Positions 60,719 through 64,000 of a DNA stretch of 64,000 bases are shown here, piece by piece. The notes beneath the pieces were generated by a model, which did not search any database, was not told the origin of the DNA, and saw only the letters and a program-made list of their open reading frames with translations. The stretch comes from Candidatus Thorarchaeota archaeon. GTDB lineage: Archaea > Asgardarchaeota > Thorarchaeia > Thorarchaeales > Thorarchaeaceae. Position 1 is the stretch's first letter, and each line of letters opens with the position of its first letter. The stretch lies in assembly GCA_011364985.1 (NCBI GenBank), contig RDOC01000007.1:1495-65494 (forward strand), read 5' to 3'. The position numbers were made by a program, and so were the translations under genes.

Positions 60719-61741
60719 TTACAACCGCTGAGCTATGAATCTAGCCTCATTGACCCCTCGTAAAACTCCCTTGGCTGTGAAGTCGAAGGCGCCATATTGA
60801 ACCAAGATGTTCTCATAATAGACAGGTTCGCTCTCCTTGAGTTCCTGAATGAAGCTGGTCTGATCCACCTCAAATTTACCTGAGAGTGCAATGAGCACTT
60901 TGCCTAGGTCATCAATTGCACGACGCATCTCCAGAACCGCAAGTTCGATGTCTCCGGCCAAGGTACAGTTGGTTGCACTGTGATGTCCTCTTTGAACTCT
61001 GTTAATGAGTTCCATTACATATTCATCGGCTGTTCCGTCACCAGCTCTTTCCATAGCGATACCTATCCATTGTTCTATCTCTTCCAATATAATCATCAAG
61101 TCGTCTTCTTCGAGTCCTCTCAGCTTAAAGGTGCGAATGAAGAGCTGGTATGCCAATGGATCGAGAAGTCTGATTTCGGTTAGAATCTCAGAAGGCTTCA
61201 TGATTGAGAAGTAATTGTTCTTCATGACAATGACTCTGCCTAGGTCAAAGAGACCAGTGCGGAGATCATGAATTGCACTGATCGTATCATCTGTTTCAGT
61301 ATTTCTTATAGCATTGGCTAGTGAGAGTTCTACTCTATTCTTCATGGTTTCGATGGCTTCCATAGGCCAGAGAAAACCTGCTGCGCTCTTCTTCCAATTG
61401 CTTAGAGATCCGTTGGTGTCATACACAACCTGGGCATTCCTGAGAATCTCTACAAGTTCTGCAATCTGCAGGACATCCTCAACTTTGCCATCCAGTATGT
61501 CGTCAATTAGCTTTGCTGACTTGAATAGCACATCAACCCTAACAGCCATATGTTCAGAGATAAGTTGGACAGGTGCCTCGGAATCTTCCCAAACCACAAG
61601 GAGATCAAGATCTGAAGTACTGGTAATGGTTCCTCTCACGAATGAGCCGTATACGAAGATTCCTTTGACCTTTTCATGCCTTTTCCACTCCTCCACAGTG
61701 TCTTTGAGAGCTGCATTGAATCGTGATTTAATGTCAAACAT
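60719..61741 (-). CDS. Nucleotidyltransferase-domain protein (Pol-beta-like NTase, possibly with HEPN-like C-terminus)
   Basis: GIFVYGSFVRGTITSTSDLDLLVV (GS..DxD). C-terminal R-x4-H (RVQRGHH) candidate HEPN motif. Confidence 0.65.
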   Translation of the reverse strand: MFDIKSRFNAALKDTVEEWKRHEKVKGIFVYGSFVRGTITSTSDLDLLVVWEDSEAPVQLISEHMAVRVDVLFKSAKLIDDILDGKVEDVLQIAELVEILRNAQVVYDTNGSLSNWKKSAAGFLWPMEAIETMKNRVELSLANAIRNTETDDTISAIHDLRTGLFDLGRVIVMKNNYFSIMKPSEILTEIRLLDPLAYQLFIRTFKLRGLEEDDLMIILEEIEQWIGIAMERAGDGTADEYVMELINRVQRGHHSATNCTLAGDIELAVLEMRRAIDDLGKVLIALSGKFEVDQTSFIQELKESEPVYYENILVQYGAFDFTAKGVLRGVNEARFIAQRL

Positions 61742-61883
61742 CGTTCACTTGCCTCTAATACTCAGCGTTCTCTTGAAGGTCACAAATCAGTTAATCGTAC
61801 TTCATCAATAAAACTATCTAGTGCACCATTGGCCGAGGGAAATAATAAGCGGAGATGTACAACAGATCAAGGAGCAATCCCTA

Positions 61884-62588
61884 ATGTGCCGTACAGATGG
61901 AAGAAAAAATGACGAATTGCGCCCTGTTTCGATTGTTCGCGACTTTCTCAAATACCCAGAGGGATCAGTTCTCATCAGTACAGGTGACACCCGAGTAATC
62001 TGTACAGCGACAGTAGAGGAAGGAGTGCCCAGCTGGCTTAATGGTCATGGTCAGGGATGGGTAACAGCAGAGTATGCCATGTTGCCTCGTGCAACGGAAG
62101 ACCGGACAAATCGGAATCGCGTAAGTGGGCGCGGCGCAGAGATTCAGCGACTTATTGGGCGGTCTCTTAGAGCAGCAGTGGACCTTAGGGGTCTTAATGA
62201 GAATACAGTTCGTATCGATTGCGACGTCATCCAAGCTGACGGTGGAACAAGAACCGCCTCAATAACAGGTGGATACGTGGCACTCTGTGATGCCCTGCGG
62301 TACATGGTTGATTTGGATATGATCACTGATATGCCTCTCCTCGGCAATGTTGCCGCGGTCAGTGTGGGCATGATTGATTCAGAGATTGTTCTAGATCTCT
62401 GCTACATTGAAGATTCTCGAGCTGAAGTGGACATGAATATCGTGATGCGCAACCATGAATATGTCGAAGTCCAGGGGGCCGGAGAAAGCAGTACTTTCAA
62501 CCATGAGCACTTGGAAGAGATGTTGAAGCTTGCTCGTAAAGGCATTACGAGCTTGATTGACAAACAAAAAGAGGCATTAAGCCAATAA
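61884..62588 (+). CDS. rph: Ribonuclease PH (bacterial-type)
   Basis: [52 protein letters not shown]. Start likely [14 protein letters not shown] (track ORF from 61821). Confidence 0.85.
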   Translation: MCRTDGRKNDELRPVSIVRDFLKYPEGSVLISTGDTRVICTATVEEGVPSWLNGHGQGWVTAEYAMLPRATEDRTNRNRVSGRGAEIQRLIGRSLRAAVDLRGLNENTVRIDCDVIQADGGTRTASITGGYVALCDALRYMVDLDMITDMPLLGNVAAVSVGMIDSEIVLDLCYIEDSRAEVDMNIVMRNHEYVEVQGAGESSTFNHEHLEEMLKLARKGITSLIDKQKEALSQ

Positions 62589-62895
62589 CTCCTCCGTTTC
62601 CTTTTCGCAAAGGCAGAGGTTTCTTCTTTTCAAATACATAACAATACTTGAGCGCTATTGTATTGAGCAGAGGGAGTGTTATCGGGCGGCTGTCGAAAGG
62701 TCCCTATCTAAAATGATCCCAGAAGTACTCATCATACATTTGCATTTCTTCCATGGCATTGAATCACTAAAGAGATGATTTCGACTTGCAATTCAATGAG
62801 ATTAGAAGAAACATGAAACATTCAATTAGTTGCAACGAATGGCACAAGACATGCCGTACCTTAAACATGAAATTTGAAGGCATGAGATTCCCAAG

Positions 62896-63228
62896 TTGGG
62901 CTCGCAATATGTTTTGGGCAGAGTCCTGCAAATATCACTCTTGAAAGGTCTGGCATCGGATATTTATCAGATGTTGAGATACACTCCCGACTTCTATAAT
63001 TCTGAGAAGGTCCAGAGGTACATCAGTATCCGTGTGAATGAACAGATGCGAAAGGGTTTGGAATTAGGTGCCTCATCCATGTTTCTTTCGATGAGCGACT
63101 TGGTTGCTTCTGGCTGCAGGGACCTGCTGCAGGCTGTCTTGAAGAGAAGACAACTTGAGCTACCAGAAGCCCTGTTGGCTTCCCTACAAAGCTATGAGAA
63201 TGGTTTCTATTCGTTTTGGTCCCTTTAA
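62896..63228 (+). CDS. Hypothetical protein
   Basis: ORF-track only. Confidence 0.25.
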   Translation: MGSQYVLGRVLQISLLKGLASDIYQMLRYTPDFYNSEKVQRYISIRVNEQMRKGLELGASSMFLSMSDLVASGCRDLLQAVLKRRQLELPEALLASLQSYENGFYSFWSL

Positions 63229-63617
63229 CTCACTTCCTATGGATTTACATTGCCATGGGACTAGGTTTCGATTTCAAAGAAAGAACTGAAGGCATGGAGA
63301 GAGTCATCTGTCCCTTTCCTAAAAGTGAAATGCCTATTCGTAGAGTGGAAATGAAATTGGATGACCAACCGTTCTCAATGGCATTTTTATTCTTCCTGAA
63401 GAGTCAAATCGAGAGAACGGAACGGCTCCCCTTGAAAATGGCGCACCTGGGCTTCTATCTCCTGAATTTGATAGGACCACAAGTGCACTTGAATCACATC
63501 TTCTCAGTTTACAAAAACCGAGCTTCTGAACACTGGAGGGACAAATCTCCAGAATTGCCCATATGCATAGTATCGATGATTCCTAGGAATTATGACAAGT
63601 TCCTGTCTTCTTTCTGA
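63216..63617 (+). CDS. Hypothetical protein
   Basis: ORF-track only. Confidence 0.25.
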   Translation: MVPLTHFLWIYIAMGLGFDFKERTEGMERVICPFPKSEMPIRRVEMKLDDQPFSMAFLFFLKSQIERTERLPLKMAHLGFYLLNLIGPQVHLNHIFSVYKNRASEHWRDKSPELPICIVSMIPRNYDKFLSSF

Positions 63618-64000
63618 GATAATCTGTCTTTTCCCATAGATGCCCAAGAGAATGTTTATGCCCAAGGCTAAAGCCTCACGAATGAAAACTCTCTTTCTAG
63701 TACTTCTGCCATATGTAGTGAATGATAGTGAGACCGGGCTCTTCCCCTTGATCCGCGCCTACTGACTCAAATGTATGGTTTCATTTGCATCTTCCTGAGT
63801 CCTGACACCAATGACCACTTTGGTCACGCACAAAAGGTCAATCCTGAAGAGGCTGAAAGAATAGCAATCTCCTTCAAGATAGCCCACGACTTCCTGACCA
63901 GTAACGATATTCTTCATGAGAGCGAAAGTCGGAAGGAGTGATTTGACAGGCTTGCTCAACAGATGGAAGCAAGAATCTAGAATCTACATGGGCGTACCAT

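Noticed and set aside
1-64000. CRISPR arrays, rRNA genes, tRNA genes
   Set aside because: No regularly spaced direct repeats, no rRNA-like conserved stretches and no cloverleaf-compatible sequences were found in intergenic regions by eye. A tRNAscan or cmsearch run would be needed to be certain.

Overview
This 64 kb window looks like an archaeal chromosome segment, moderately AT-rich, densely coded on both strands, with mostly ordinary housekeeping and transport genes. The archaeal call rests on several features: two geranylgeranyl-reductase paralogs, an HTH_10 (Bat-type) regulator, an archaeal-type nicotinate phosphoribosyltransferase with a C-terminal Zn ribbon, AT-rich TATA-like boxes plus Shine-Dalgarno motifs, and a WD40 protein. 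I did not find any rRNA, tRNA or CRISPR array.

Recognisable content includes NAD salvage (nicotinamidase plus NAPRTase), transketolase, a GlcD/GlcF-like FAD/Fe-S oxidase pair, seryl-tRNA synthetase, endonuclease III and a bacterial-type RNase PH. There are three MFS and two EamA transporters, an ABC-2 exporter pair and a CaCA antiporter. An oxidative-stress cluster holds superoxide reductase, rubrerythrin and a C_GCAxxG_C_C protein. Several GNAT acetyltransferases and MarR/PadR/Lrp-like regulators are also present.

The candidates for something new, in order of interest:
- A divergent radical-SAM locus at about 0.35-4.5 kb. It pairs a B12-binding rSAM with an anSME-like SPASM rSAM, followed by two small ORFs whose C-termini look like RiPP core peptides (one aromatic-rich, one Cys-rich) and a TIGR04076-like Zn-ribbon protein. 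This could be a RiPP-like or a lipid-tailoring cluster.
- A family of about 85-nt intergenic elements present in three copies just 3' of stop codons (at ~263, ~5884 and ~7150).
- A threonine-synthase-like/PadR fusion whose PLP-binding lysine is replaced (GAFIDRG instead of GSFKDRG).
- A peptidase-C45-like gene split by an in-frame TAG.
- An orphan DUF1156-type Zn-ribbon DNA methyltransferase next to an atypical UPRT-like protein.
- Two adjacent giant tandem Lrp/AsnC-module proteins.
- A truncated TnpB-like N-terminal fragment beside an NTase-HEPN-like gene.

Several starts in the ORF track are GTG or TTG, and I adjusted some coordinates to the first plausible ATG.
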